IMG/VR virus record: IMGVR_UViG_3300018481_000009
Coordinates: 1 to 49,882 of that record
From: a virus
Strand: one strand, 5' to 3'
Length of the DNA: 49,882 nt
Part shown: positions 8,941 through 17,364 of the stretch, piece by piece
Position numbering within the stretch: the first letter of the stretch is position 1
Layout: the number at the start of each line of letters is the position of its first letter
Notes under the pieces: model-generated
What the model was told of the DNA's origin: nothing
Databases searched by the model: none
What the model saw: only the letters and a program-made list of their open reading frames with translations
Program-made: the position numbers and the translations under genes

Positions 8941-9682
8941 ACGAGTGGCCCGGAGGATCAAGTCTGTGGATGAGGCCAACAAGTTCGTCAAGATTCTGGT
9001 CTACGGCAAGAACAAGAAGGGCAAGACCAGGTTCGCAGCTACGGGGCCGGAATGTCTGATCATTGACATCGACGAGGAAGGTACGCGGTCCGCCACAGGA
9101 TCGGGAGCCGATGTCCTCGAGGTCAGTCAGTTCGACGACGTGGGCCATATCTTCTGGTGGCTCAAAGCCGGGAACCACGAGTACGAGACGGTCGTCCTGG
9201 ATACCGTTACGGCCTTGCAGGCGGCCGCGATGAGGAAGGTACTCGGGGAATCAGAGGATCGGGACCCGACAAGGGAGGTGGCTACACCTGATAGACGGAC
9301 CTACGGGAGAGCCAACCAGCTCGTCAAGCAGTTGCTGCTCGACTTCCGCAACCTCAAGATGCACGTGATCTTCCTCGCGCAGGAGAGGGACGTCAAGGAC
9401 GACGAAGACGAGGAGTCAAGCACCTTTCATACAGTCGACTTGCCGCCCGGTACCAGAGCCACTGCCCTTGGCTCGGTAGGCATCATCGGACGGATCTATC
9501 TCAGGGAGGTGAAGGTCAAGGGCCAGAAGCGACCGGAGTGGGAAGCACGAATGTTGGTGGGACCGCATGAGGACTACGACTCGGGCAACCGAGTTGACGG
9601 ACTCCCCATCATCGTACGCGATCCCACCATGTCCAAATTCATCAAAGCGTGGGCAGCAAACCCACCGGACGACGAGGAGTAA
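8897..9682 (+). CDS. Sak4-like RecA-fold AAA ATPase
   Basis: ILVYGKNKKGKT Walker A and VVLDT Walker B; sits between a nuclease and an SSB-like gene. Confidence 0.7.
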   Translation: MARKVNTKALSTKGERVARRIKSVDEANKFVKILVYGKNKKGKTRFAATGPECLIIDIDEEGTRSATGSGADVLEVSQFDDVGHIFWWLKAGNHEYETVVLDTVTALQAAAMRKVLGESEDRDPTREVATPDRRTYGRANQLVKQLLLDFRNLKMHVIFLAQERDVKDDEDEESSTFHTVDLPPGTRATALGSVGIIGRIYLREVKVKGQKRPEWEARMLVGPHEDYDSGNRVDGLPIIVRDPTMSKFIKAWAANPPDDEE

Positions 9683-9685
9683 CAG

Positions 9686-10363
9686 ATGGCTAAGAGTGGC
9701 GTAATTCGCATCGACTTCAGCAAGGAAGAGGAAGGCGGAGGCGGCGGGCGTATCCCGACGACTTGGAAGAAAGGCGACTACCACGTCAAGATCCTGGCCG
9801 CCAAGACGGGGCGCTCGCCGGAGAAGGACACCCCGTTCGTCGAGGTCAAGTTCAAGGTGCTCGAGGGCAGGCGGAAGGGCAGCACGTTCTCGGAGCGGCT
9901 CTACATCACGCCGAAGTCCCTCAAGCGCATCCGGCTCCTGCTCGAGGCCATCGGGGTCAAGGTGCCGAAGTCGGCCGTGAACCTCCCGCTGGCCAAGCTC
10001 AAGGGCAAGTCCCTGTGGGTGGAACTCGAGCTGCAGGAGAAGGAAGGCTACGACCCGAAGATGGCCATCGCCTTCGAGGGCTTCATGTCCGAGGACGACT
10101 ACGAGGAGTCGGACGAAGACGACGACGATGACGACGATGACGACGAGGACACCGACGACGACGACGAAGACGAGGATGACGACGACGAAGACGATGACGA
10201 CGAAGATGAGGACGATGACGACGAGGATGACGACGACGAAGAGGAGGAAGTGAAGCCCAAGCGTCGCGCTCGGAAGAGCCGGACCCGGACCAAGAAGGCG
10301 CCGGCCAAGAGGACGCGCAAGAAGAAGGACGACATCGAAGACCTCGACCTGGATGACCTCTAA
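9686..10363 (+). CDS. DUF669-like phage ssDNA-binding protein with long poly-Asp/Glu then Lys/Arg tail
   Basis: GAGGAG RBS; N-terminal domain resembles DUF669; residues 135-188 are almost only D/E. Confidence 0.55.
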   Translation: MAKSGVIRIDFSKEEEGGGGGRIPTTWKKGDYHVKILAAKTGRSPEKDTPFVEVKFKVLEGRRKGSTFSERLYITPKSLKRIRLLLEAIGVKVPKSAVNLPLAKLKGKSLWVELELQEKEGYDPKMAIAFEGFMSEDDYEESDEDDDDDDDDDEDTDDDDEDEDDDDEDDDDEDEDDDDEDDDDEEEEVKPKRRARKSRTRTKKAPAKRTRKKKDDIEDLDLDDL

Positions 10364-10369
10364 GCCGTC

Positions 10370-10672
10370 ATGAACTCCACAGAGGCCGGCCTCCAGTCCG
10401 CGATCGTCAAGGACTTGCGCAAGCGAGGTGCGTACGTGAACAAGAATCACGGGGGGCCGAACTCTCAGGGCCGCCCCGACCTGGAAGGGTGCTATCGCGG
10501 CATCCACTTCCTGCTCGAAGTCAAACTACCAAAGAACAAGAAGGGGGCCACAGAAAACCAGAAGCGCCACGTCATACAGGCGCGACAGGCTGGCTCTGTG
10601 GCTCACATCGTACGTTCCCGACGGGCAGCCATGAACTGCCTACACCTGATCGATCGGATGCTAGATGGCTAA
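10370..10672 (+). CDS. VRR-NUC domain nuclease
   Basis: GRPDLEG...LLEVKLP...TENQ matches the VRR-NUC PD-ExK signature. Confidence 0.7.
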   Translation: MNSTEAGLQSAIVKDLRKRGAYVNKNHGGPNSQGRPDLEGCYRGIHFLLEVKLPKNKKGATENQKRHVIQARQAGSVAHIVRSRRAAMNCLHLIDRMLDG

Positions 10673-10964
10673 ACGCAAACGTGGGTCCATCGAACACGCA
10701 AGACAAATTAGGGCCGCTCGGAGTCGCGCACTGTTTCACCTGGAGGAGGGTGAGACTTCGCTCCGCGAGGTTCTACGGGACCCGCCTGGGTGTTTCCTGG
10801 GTGTAGACCTCTGGCCTATCCTCCTCGCTACCAAGGGTGTCGGTAAGGAGACTGCCAGAGACATCTGCCAGCGGGCTGCGGTCTGGCCGCATACAGAGCT
10901 GGGTCAGTTCACGCGGCGACAGCGCTTTCGCATCATTGACGAACTACCAGAAAGGATCAAGTAA
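10665..10964 (+). CDS. actinobacterial integration host factor (mIHF)-like DNA-binding protein
   Basis: SLREVLRD...LG...LLATKGVGKETARDI...L..FTRRQRFRIIDEL is colinear with remembered M. tuberculosis mIHF. Confidence 0.7.
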   Translation: MAKRKRGSIEHARQIRAARSRALFHLEEGETSLREVLRDPPGCFLGVDLWPILLATKGVGKETARDICQRAAVWPHTELGQFTRRQRFRIIDELPERIK

Positions 10965-11338
10965 TGCCACTCTCTCTCGGTGAGCTTCTCGTCCGACGCA
11001 AGCTGGTCAAGGACAACGAAACCAGGACGTACGGCATCGGACAGGAGCACGCAGTTCACGTGGGGGACGGCTCGTGTCTGCTGTCCTGGGTCGATACCTC
11101 GGGGGCGGCCTGCATCGTGTACTGCACGTACGCCGACGAAGAGTGGTATTGCCACCCACAGATGGTACGGGCTGGCTACGACTTCATCGACCTCAGGCCG
11201 ATCCCGCGCTCTCTCGCGCAGAACGAGAAGTGGGCCAGGCTGATCGAGAGCACAAAAAAGGAGCGCCGGACCCCCGCTGGCAGCAAGAAGAAGTCCGACG
11301 CTCCTGACGGGACTGAGGAGAGCAACAGCCCCGCCTAG
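10964..11338 (+). CDS. hypothetical protein
   Basis: TAATG coupling; last gene of the rightward block. Confidence 0.6.
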   Translation: MPLSLGELLVRRKLVKDNETRTYGIGQEHAVHVGDGSCLLSWVDTSGAACIVYCTYADEEWYCHPQMVRAGYDFIDLRPIPRSLAQNEKWARLIESTKKERRTPAGSKKKSDAPDGTEESNSPA

Positions 11339-11358
11339 TCCGCGCTGGGGCGGCTAGG

Positions 11359-12156
11359 TTACAGAACCGTGAGAGCGAACCGATTGGGGTGTTCGGCTCG
11401 ACCGCCCAGCGGATTGCCGATGCAGGTGCGGAACAACTTGATCTTCGTGTTCCGCCTCCCGTTGACCCGGTAGCGAACCCGAGCCACGTAGACCGATCGC
11501 TTCTGGCCCCGTAGGTTCACGCGGACGGTACGGAGCACTCGGCCTCCGCGGGTTCGTGACCGAGTCACCCGAGCTGGGACACCTTCGACCGTCGCTCGGA
11601 AGTTCGTGATCCGGACGTTCCGCCGTTGGACGAGGCGCCAGCGAGAGATTCGCCGCGAGGTACAGGTGTCAGCCTCGAGCGTAACTCCATTCGCGCCAGC
11701 GGGCCCACTCGGTCCAGCAGGACCAGCCGGGCCAATCGGTCCGATCGGTCCAATAGGTCCAAGGGGGCCAACAGGTCCAACTGAACCTGGGGGGCCTGCC
11801 GGTCCGGGCGCACCGTCCTCGCCGTCGTCCCCGTCCTCACCGTCTTCGCCGTTGCAGACGTAGAACACGTCGTCCTCCGGGTCAGGCGGCTTGGGCGGGT
11901 GGTCACCCGTCTTCGGCTCGGCGTTGGCGTCGATTTCCCCGTGGATGACGATCAGCTGGAGGCCACCGTTCGGGCAGTTCTCGCCCGGCGGTTCCACCAC
12001 CACGATGACCCCGTCGCCGTCGTCGTCGCAGAGGTCGGTCGGGTTGCCGTTCGCACACGGCGTCTGCGGGTCTGCTTGCGTAACTGCTGGTAGTGCCATC
12101 GCGAACGCCCATGCCATCAACATGGCGATCGAGACAGCAAGCAACTTCACCTTCAT
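11359..12156 (-). CDS. secreted collagen-like repeat protein
   Basis: GAGGAG RBS; signal-peptide-like [28 protein letters not shown]; about 17 Gly-X-Y triplets; Arg-rich C-terminus. Confidence 0.75.
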   Translation of the reverse strand: MKVKLLAVSIAMLMAWAFAMALPAVTQADPQTPCANGNPTDLCDDDGDGVIVVVEPPGENCPNGGLQLIVIHGEIDANAEPKTGDHPPKPPDPEDDVFYVCNGEDGEDGDDGEDGAPGPAGPPGSVGPVGPLGPIGPIGPIGPAGPAGPSGPAGANGVTLEADTCTSRRISRWRLVQRRNVRITNFRATVEGVPARVTRSRTRGGRVLRTVRVNLRGQKRSVYVARVRYRVNGRRNTKIKLFRTCIGNPLGGRAEHPNRFALTVL

Positions 12157-12175
12157 GTAGCTCTCCTCTGGTTGG

Positions 12176-12250
12176 TTATGCGGCGAAGATCAGAACGATT
12201 GCGATCACTCCTAGGACCAGGGCAATGACCGCGATGGTTTGTGTGGACAT
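12176..12250 (-). CDS. 24-aa hydrophobic peptide ([24 protein letters not shown])
   Basis: GGGAGGAA RBS 4 nt upstream of ATG; single TM-like segment; below the ORF-track cutoff. Confidence 0.5.
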   Translation of the reverse strand: MSTQTIAVIALVLGVIAIVLIFAA

Positions 12251-12263
12251 GGGGTTCCTCCCT

Positions 12264-12338
12264 TCATCTCAAACCTGGAAGGTGGTATGTGGCCCAGATG
12301 AGGAACATCAAAGCCATTCCCACCAAACAGATGATCAA
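12264..12338 (-). CDS. possible small hydrophobic peptide (..IICLVGMALMFLIWATYHLPGLR); start uncertain (TTG 12338, GTG 12323 or ATG 12317)
   Basis: hydrophobic reading frame directly after the upstream stop; weak RBS. Confidence 0.3.
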   Translation of the reverse strand: MIICLVGMALMFLIWATYHLPGLR

Positions 12339-12355
12339 GATCCACAGGTTGTCCT

Positions 12356-12673
12356 TCAGTGGCTGTGCGTCTCGCCACCCTCCGGCGGCTCCGAAGGCCT
12401 GGGCTCCGGATTGTCGGGGTCGGGGTCGAGAGCGTCCAGGTTGCTCTTCAGCTCCGCCAGTCCCTGGCTGATCGGGTCGAGGTCGGACGGATCGATGCCG
12501 TCGGTGACCCGCGCCTTCAGAGCCTCCACGTCCTCCTGAACGCGGTCGATCGCGGCCTGAAGCGAGTTCTTCGCGTCGGTGACCTGCTGCTTGAGTTCCT
12601 CCACTGATGCCACTAGTACCTCCAGGTGTTTGGTGACTGGTCTTGTCAGAATGTTCAGTATTTCCTCGAGCAC
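12356..12673 (-). CDS. coiled-coil hypothetical protein
   Basis: GTG start 1 nt after the upstream TGA; heptad-like sequence. Confidence 0.6.
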   Translation of the reverse strand: MLEEILNILTRPVTKHLEVLVASVEELKQQVTDAKNSLQAAIDRVQEDVEALKARVTDGIDPSDLDPISQGLAELKSNLDALDPDPDNPEPRPSEPPEGGETHSH

Positions 12674-12674
12674 T

Positions 12675-12860
12675 TCACTCTCCTGGTGTGTCGTCCTCCT
12701 TGTCGTCGATGGTGGGGTCGTCCGCTGCCTCCTGCTCCTCCATCGGCTCGTCCCGATCGACCTCGGCTTCCTCGTCGTCCGTGGGAGCCGGCAGAGGCTC
12801 CTCGGGCATGTCCTCGATCGGGGGCTTGGGCGGCAGGTCCTCTTCTGTGGTCTCGGTCAT
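12675..12860 (-). CDS. highly acidic hypothetical protein
   Basis: TGATG coupling to the endolysin gene. Confidence 0.55.
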   Translation of the reverse strand: MTETTEEDLPPKPPIEDMPEEPLPAPTDDEEAEVDRDEPMEEQEAADDPTIDDKEDDTPGE

Positions 12861-13267
12861 CAGCCTCTCCAGTCTGCCTTGTAGTCGCGGATGTCGACGT
12901 GGACGAAGCTGGGGTACAGCCCCAACCCCCCCTTGCCGTTGCGGTACTTGTTGCGGAGGTAGTTCAGTGTGCGGTGCCAGTCCCGAGGCCCGCCCTTCCG
13001 ACAGGTGATGTCCGCCGCCTGGTCGTTGCCGTCGTGGATCGTGTAGACGTGCATCGACTGGCTGGCTCCGCCGATCCTGCGGTTGTAGCTCGCGGTGCGG
13101 AACCCCGAGTTGATGTGCACCGAGCCGTACTTCTCGCGCAGTGGCTCGAGGAACGTCTTGCAGAGGTACTCCAGGCCGTCGTAGTCGCGCTTGCTGACCC
13201 GGGTACCGTCGTGACAGTCGAATTCCTCGACCGTGAAATGCTTGCTGAGGCGTTTACGTGTTGCCAT
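12860..13267 (-). CDS. peptidase M15-family endolysin
   Basis: SGFRTASYNRRIGGASQSMH...AADI...HVD zinc-peptidase M15A-like motifs; AAGGAG RBS. Confidence 0.8.
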   Translation of the reverse strand: MATRKRLSKHFTVEEFDCHDGTRVSKRDYDGLEYLCKTFLEPLREKYGSVHINSGFRTASYNRRIGGASQSMHVYTIHDGNDQAADITCRKGGPRDWHRTLNYLRNKYRNGKGGLGLYPSFVHVDIRDYKADWRG

Positions 13268-13279
13268 TTGCTCTCCTTG

Positions 13280-13474
13280 CTATTCCAGCCCGTCCGTCAC
13301 CATGGCGTAGAAGTTGGCCTCCACAGGACGGGTGTCTGGGTCGAGTACATGGTAGACCGCTTGCTCTCCTTCCTCGTTGCGTACGATGAGTGAAGATCGT
13401 GGCCAGGGATGATCCCCCCGGATGATGACGTCCTTGAAGGGACCATCAATAAGTTTGATGAGTGGAAGGTCCAT
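13280..13474 (-). CDS. hypothetical protein
   Basis: TAATG coupling. Confidence 0.55.
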   Translation of the reverse strand: MDLPLIKLIDGPFKDVIIRGDHPWPRSSLIVRNEEGEQAVYHVLDPDTRPVEANFYAMVTDGLE

Positions 13475-14118
13475 TAGACGGGTATCCTCACCGGTAGGAC
13501 TATGAGCTTGCGTTGCCTTACCGCGGTTACAGTACCTGGGCCTGTCGCGCCAGAACGCAACGACTGTTTGATGTTGAGGCTGAGTGGATTGTTGATATCG
13601 ACGCGGGTTTGGGCCGTGGCAGTTCCCAAGCCTGCCACTGCCGCAGCGGTGTTGATGGCGGCGGACTGTATGTCCGAACCGATAGTGCTGCCGAAGCCGA
13701 TAGATATGAGCGCGGCGTTGCCGGCATTAGCTGCTGTTTGCAATAACGCCTCGACGCGGATGTCGTAGCGACCCAGGTAGGGCAGGTCTATCGTCATATC
13801 ACCCTGGTTGACGTAAGTCGTCGAGGAGGTTGAAACCGGCGAATCGGAAGAAGCGATCAGCGGGGCACCACCGACGAACTCCCACCAGGACTTTGCCGTG
13901 TTGTAGACGAAGCGCCAGCGAACGCCTGCAACGGACATGACAGATTCTTGCAAGTCGAACTGTTCGCCATCCACAGGGGTTGAGGGGAACGATGACCCTA
14001 CGGGAACTGAGCCGCTAGGACCGAGCGGACCTTGAATCCCCTGTGGTCCTTGAGGGCCAACGATGTTCGCAATCGCCCGCTTCTCTTGACCATTTGCGTC
14101 GTAGAAAGTCCAGGTCAT
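13474..14118 (-). CDS. tail fibre protein with short collagen-like segment
   Basis: GPQGPQGIQGPLGPSG; ATGA coupling; position in the tail module. Confidence 0.6.
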   Translation of the reverse strand: MTWTFYDANGQEKRAIANIVGPQGPQGIQGPLGPSGSVPVGSSFPSTPVDGEQFDLQESVMSVAGVRWRFVYNTAKSWWEFVGGAPLIASSDSPVSTSSTTYVNQGDMTIDLPYLGRYDIRVEALLQTAANAGNAALISIGFGSTIGSDIQSAAINTAAAVAGLGTATAQTRVDINNPLSLNIKQSLRSGATGPGTVTAVRQRKLIVLPVRIPV

Positions 14119-14678
14119 GTCGGCAACGACCCCAGGTATTGGACGAACAGATGTCCATAACGTGCGTCGCTTCCCTGATAGTTCACGGCGCCAGATGGCG
14201 CGACGCTCCTGACCTCGATTGTTCCACCCGGAGCGAATAGCTCTGCGTAAGTGAGCGAGTGCGTCGCTCCTCCGTCAGATGTGGCCGCTTCACGAGTACT
14301 GGTCTTGGCGCTGCCATTAGCCCAAATTCCGCACTCAGCCCGAACGCCTGCGGTAATGCCGGTCTGGTAGCAATGAGCTTCGATGAGATACAGGCCACCT
14401 TTGAGAACGGTGATGACGGTTGCACTGCCGGTAGCGTCGTTGAAGTAGGCGGGGTTGTAGAAGGTCCAGTTAGCGACCTTGCCAAAGTTGAAAGCGGTAC
14501 CTAGTGCAGTACCTGCATCCGCCTGTGTCAAGCGTGAACGTAAAACGGGCGGCGCGTCCCAGGCAGGAGCACCCGAACTGTCGGAGAGCAACACCATGCC
14601 CTCACGTCCCGCAACCGGGAACGCCTGCGGATACTTCTGCTTCTCCTCACCTTGAGCGGTATAGAACTTCCAGCTCAT
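14115..14678 (-). CDS. tail fibre-like protein
   Basis: N-terminus (MSWKFYTAQGEEK) is paralogous to the 13474-14118 N-terminus (MTWTFYDANGQEK); ATGA coupling. Confidence 0.55.
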   Translation of the reverse strand: MSWKFYTAQGEEKQKYPQAFPVAGREGMVLLSDSSGAPAWDAPPVLRSRLTQADAGTALGTAFNFGKVANWTFYNPAYFNDATGSATVITVLKGGLYLIEAHCYQTGITAGVRAECGIWANGSAKTSTREAATSDGGATHSLTYAELFAPGGTIEVRSVAPSGAVNYQGSDARYGHLFVQYLGSLPT

Positions 14679-14995
14679 GGTGTGATCTCAATCCCGTACA
14701 TCGTGAACTCAAACGCCGCTGCGATGCTGGCCTGCGTGGCGATGACATCACCCGTTGCGAGACAGAGCGTACCGTCCCACTCGGCCTGCCCAAGCCCGTC
14801 GATCGGCATGTTGTAGAGCAGCCTCATCTCAACGCCACCTGAGGTATGGTAGATCGTGACCCACTGAGAGGTGAGAAGAATCCCCACGACCTTCATACCC
14901 TTGACGATCACGCTCGTAGAAGCAGGGACGGTGTAAGCCGTCACCTTGGTTGCTCCTATGGTTTGTGCGGCAAGCCGCTTGTAAACTTCAGGCAT
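14675..14995 (-). CDS. hypothetical tail-module protein
   Basis: coupled ORF in the tail module. Confidence 0.5.
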   Translation of the reverse strand: MPEVYKRLAAQTIGATKVTAYTVPASTSVIVKGMKVVGILLTSQWVTIYHTSGGVEMRLLYNMPIDGLGQAEWDGTLCLATGDVIATQASIAAAFEFTMYGIEITP

Positions 14996-15643
14996 CTAGC
15001 TCACCGCCATTGCAAAGGCACGAGAACCTGTTTCTGCGCCTCTGGATTTGAGGGAACCGGCGACCTCCAATGAGTCATCGGTCTTGAGTATATCGGCCGC
15101 CAATCTGTAGAGGTTTGTATCTGTGCCCCACAGGATACCGCAGTTGGCAGGCGTCGATCCGGCCGGTAGGCCGATCAATCCTGCGACGTCAGTGACGGTA
15201 CCGATCAGTAGCGTCCCGTCGTTGGTAATCCGTGCTCGTTCGGTCGGCGTGAAGACTGCGTCAGCGGTCGCCGCCAAGTTGTCGGCAAAGAAGCGGATGC
15301 CAGCCGAGTAGCCGAACTGGATGCCACGCGAGCCGAACGAGGCGTGCGCCGCATTCCAACGAGCCCCGGCGTCGCCGTAGAGCTTGTAGGCGTTATGGCC
15401 GATGAAGGCGTCGCCATTGCCATCCACCGTCGACTGCAGATACAGTGCCCATGAGGCGTTATAGCCGACCTTCAAGCCCATCCTCTTGGTCGGCTCGGTC
15501 TGCGACTGAGACGCTCCAAGCAGGTCGTCGGTGGCGAGGTGATCCGCGGCGTATCTAAACAGGTTGGTGTCGCCGCTAAGCAGGATCGATTGTGCAACCG
15601 ATCCGGCGTCAGGGATGAGGAGTTTGCCGAGTACCTTAGGCAT
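14996..15643 (-). CDS. minor tail protein
   Basis: TAATG coupling; position. Confidence 0.5.
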   Translation of the reverse strand: MPKVLGKLLIPDAGSVAQSILLSGDTNLFRYAADHLATDDLLGASQSQTEPTKRMGLKVGYNASWALYLQSTVDGNGDAFIGHNAYKLYGDAGARWNAAHASFGSRGIQFGYSAGIRFFADNLAATADAVFTPTERARITNDGTLLIGTVTDVAGLIGLPAGSTPANCGILWGTDTNLYRLAADILKTDDSLEVAGSLKSRGAETGSRAFAMAVS

Positions 15644-17364
15644 TAGCCGATCACCGTGGTGCGGTAGGAGTTGGCCGTGACGGAGGCGCCGAAAGTGATA
15701 GTGATATCGCCGTTGGCCGCTACCACCACGTCGGGGAGAACGACCAACCCGGTGGCTTCCTCTTGGACCTGGACGAGCAACCCTCTGGAGGCCCGAAGTA
15801 GGTGGGTCGCCTGGGTAATCGAGATGGTCGTCCCTGCCCCATGCGTAGCTGAGGAGTAGTAACCCGCTGCCGCTAGCCCAGTCTCCCTCGCTGCCTTAGC
15901 GGCTGTCTGACCGGTGCCGCCGTTGGCAACCGGAAGCGTACCGGTCACTGTGGTAGTCGCTAGGTTCACCGAGGCGGCGGCTAGCATGGCTGCCGTAACG
16001 CCGAGTGCTTTCACCCTCAGGACGTCGGCGCTGATCTCGATGGAGGAGCCGTCAACCCTGACGTCCAGGACGTTGCCGGTCTTCAGCAGGCCCGCGCCGT
16101 CTGTGATCTGGCCGGCTCCCGAGAACTGGACGAAGACGAGGCCGGTCGTGTTGAGCGTGATCGGGTTGTTCGTCTGGAGGTACCAACCCGAGTCGGCATT
16201 GAGCGTACCCTCGGAGACGAACGTGAAGAGGCCTGCCGTGACCTCAGCTGACGTATCTGCGTCTGTGGATCGGGTGAGGACCACAGAGGTGCCGACGCCG
16301 GAGACGGTGTAGATGCCGTTCTGGCTCGGAGTGGTTTGGTCCTTGAGGAGGACACGTTCGGTGTTCGCCAGAGTCACACCGTCCATGACCAGTGCCGTGC
16401 CGCCCGGAGGCAACGTGACGTTACCGGTCGAGGCAGCTCGGACGGACGCCTTGACGTCGAGGCCGGTGACGACCGAGTCCAGCTGTTGCTTGGTGACGGC
16501 GTCCTGAGCGGCTGCGCCATCGGCCAGACCGGTGATCTTCTGGTTGTTGAACGCGACCGGGCCAGCCGGAGCTGCCATCTGCGCCAACGTCGAGGTACGG
16601 ACCTGCGTATCGAAGTTGCTGATTGTTGACGCGAGCTGGGAACCGGTGTGGTTGGCTCGGGCCAGCGGGTCGGTTGCGAGCTTGGAGAGCGCGATGCTGC
16701 CGGCGAGGTCGGCGTTGGTGATCGAGTTGGACAGTGCCAGCTTCGAGTACGCGATGGCCGCGGCTGCCCCGATGTCGGCGTTGACTACCAACCCGGCCGA
16801 GTTGATCTTGCTCCATGCGATCGCTGCTGAGGCGTTGATGTCCCCGTTGACGATCGAGTTCGTCAGAGCCAGCTTGGAGTAGGCGATGGCAGCTGCGACC
16901 GCGATATCCGCGTTGACGATCGAGGTCGCGAGGCTGAGCTTGCTGTAGGGGATACCCGCGGCCGCTGCGATGTCGGCATTGGCGATCAGCCCGGTAAGTG
17001 CGAGCTTGGAGTAGGCGATCGCCGCGCCTGCTGCCACGTCGGCGTTGACGATGTTCAGGGCCGCGAGCTTCGACTTCGCGATGGCTGCTGAGGCATTGAC
17101 GTGAGCGTCTGTGATCTTGAGGAGCCCGATGGTCGGGTTCGGATAGCTGCCGGCCAGATCGCCGCCTGCTGACCCGGACGGTGCACCACTCTTGGCCGAC
17201 ACCCATTGCGTGCCATCCCAGAAGTACAGCGTCTTGTTGCCCGCTTGGTTGTCGAAGTAGAACTGGCCCTCCACAGGGGAGGACGGTGCGGGCGTCGTCG
17301 AATGCGCGACGGCGTTTTGGAGCTGGTACTTGTTGGCGTTGAGATGACCTGCGAGTGCGGGCAT
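15643..17364 (-). CDS. tail fibre protein with seven 22-aa tandem repeats
   Basis: repeats of xIVNADIAxAAAIAYSKLALTNS; position. Confidence 0.65.
   Translation of the reverse strand: MPALAGHLNANKYQLQNAVAHSTTPAPSSPVEGQFYFDNQAGNKTLYFWDGTQWVSAKSGAPSGSAGGDLAGSYPNPTIGLLKITDAHVNASAAIAKSKLAALNIVNADVAAGAAIAYSKLALTGLIANADIAAAAGIPYSKLSLATSIVNADIAVAAAIAYSKLALTNSIVNGDINASAAIAWSKINSAGLVVNADIGAAAAIAYSKLALSNSITNADLAGSIALSKLATDPLARANHTGSQLASTISNFDTQVRTSTLAQMAAPAGPVAFNNQKITGLADGAAAQDAVTKQQLDSVVTGLDVKASVRAASTGNVTLPPGGTALVMDGVTLANTERVLLKDQTTPSQNGIYTVSGVGTSVVLTRSTDADTSAEVTAGLFTFVSEGTLNADSGWYLQTNNPITLNTTGLVFVQFSGAGQITDGAGLLKTGNVLDVRVDGSSIEISADVLRVKALGVTAAMLAAASVNLATTTVTGTLPVANGGTGQTAAKAARETGLAAAGYYSSATHGAGTTISITQATHLLRASRGLLVQVQEEATGLVVLPDVVVAANGDITITFGASVTANSYRTTVIG
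16650..17120 (-). repeat. in-frame tandem repeat, about 7 x 66 nt, inside the tail fibre gene
   Basis: periodic IAYSKLAL motif in the translation (aa 83-237); approximate boundaries. Confidence 0.7.

Noticed and set aside
10088-10249. GAC/GAT/GAG-rich repetitive DNA as a tandem repeat, CRISPR array or satellite
   Set aside because: It is an in-frame poly-Asp/Glu coding tract with irregular units and no spacer-repeat architecture.
9416-10507. 363-aa minus-strand ORF
   Set aside because: It is antisense to the Sak4-like, SSB-like and VRR-NUC genes. Its translation is low-complexity (poly-V/I/L from the GAC/GAT tract) with no RBS. It is a typical high-GC shadow ORF.
11339-11358. Bidirectional terminator between the convergent genes at 11338/11359
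   Set aside because: The CCCCGCC and GGGGCGG segments are not reverse complements, so no convincing stem can be drawn.
11690-11830. GGN-periodic repeats (also 18170-18250 and 18400-18480) as non-coding repeats
   Set aside because: They encode collagen-like Gly-X-Y triplets within clear ORFs.
16421-17206. 261-aa minus-strand ORF in a second frame of the tail fibre gene
   Set aside because: It is an Arg/Gln/Gly-rich alternative frame of the repeat region. The annotated frame gives the coherent 22-aa repeat protein.
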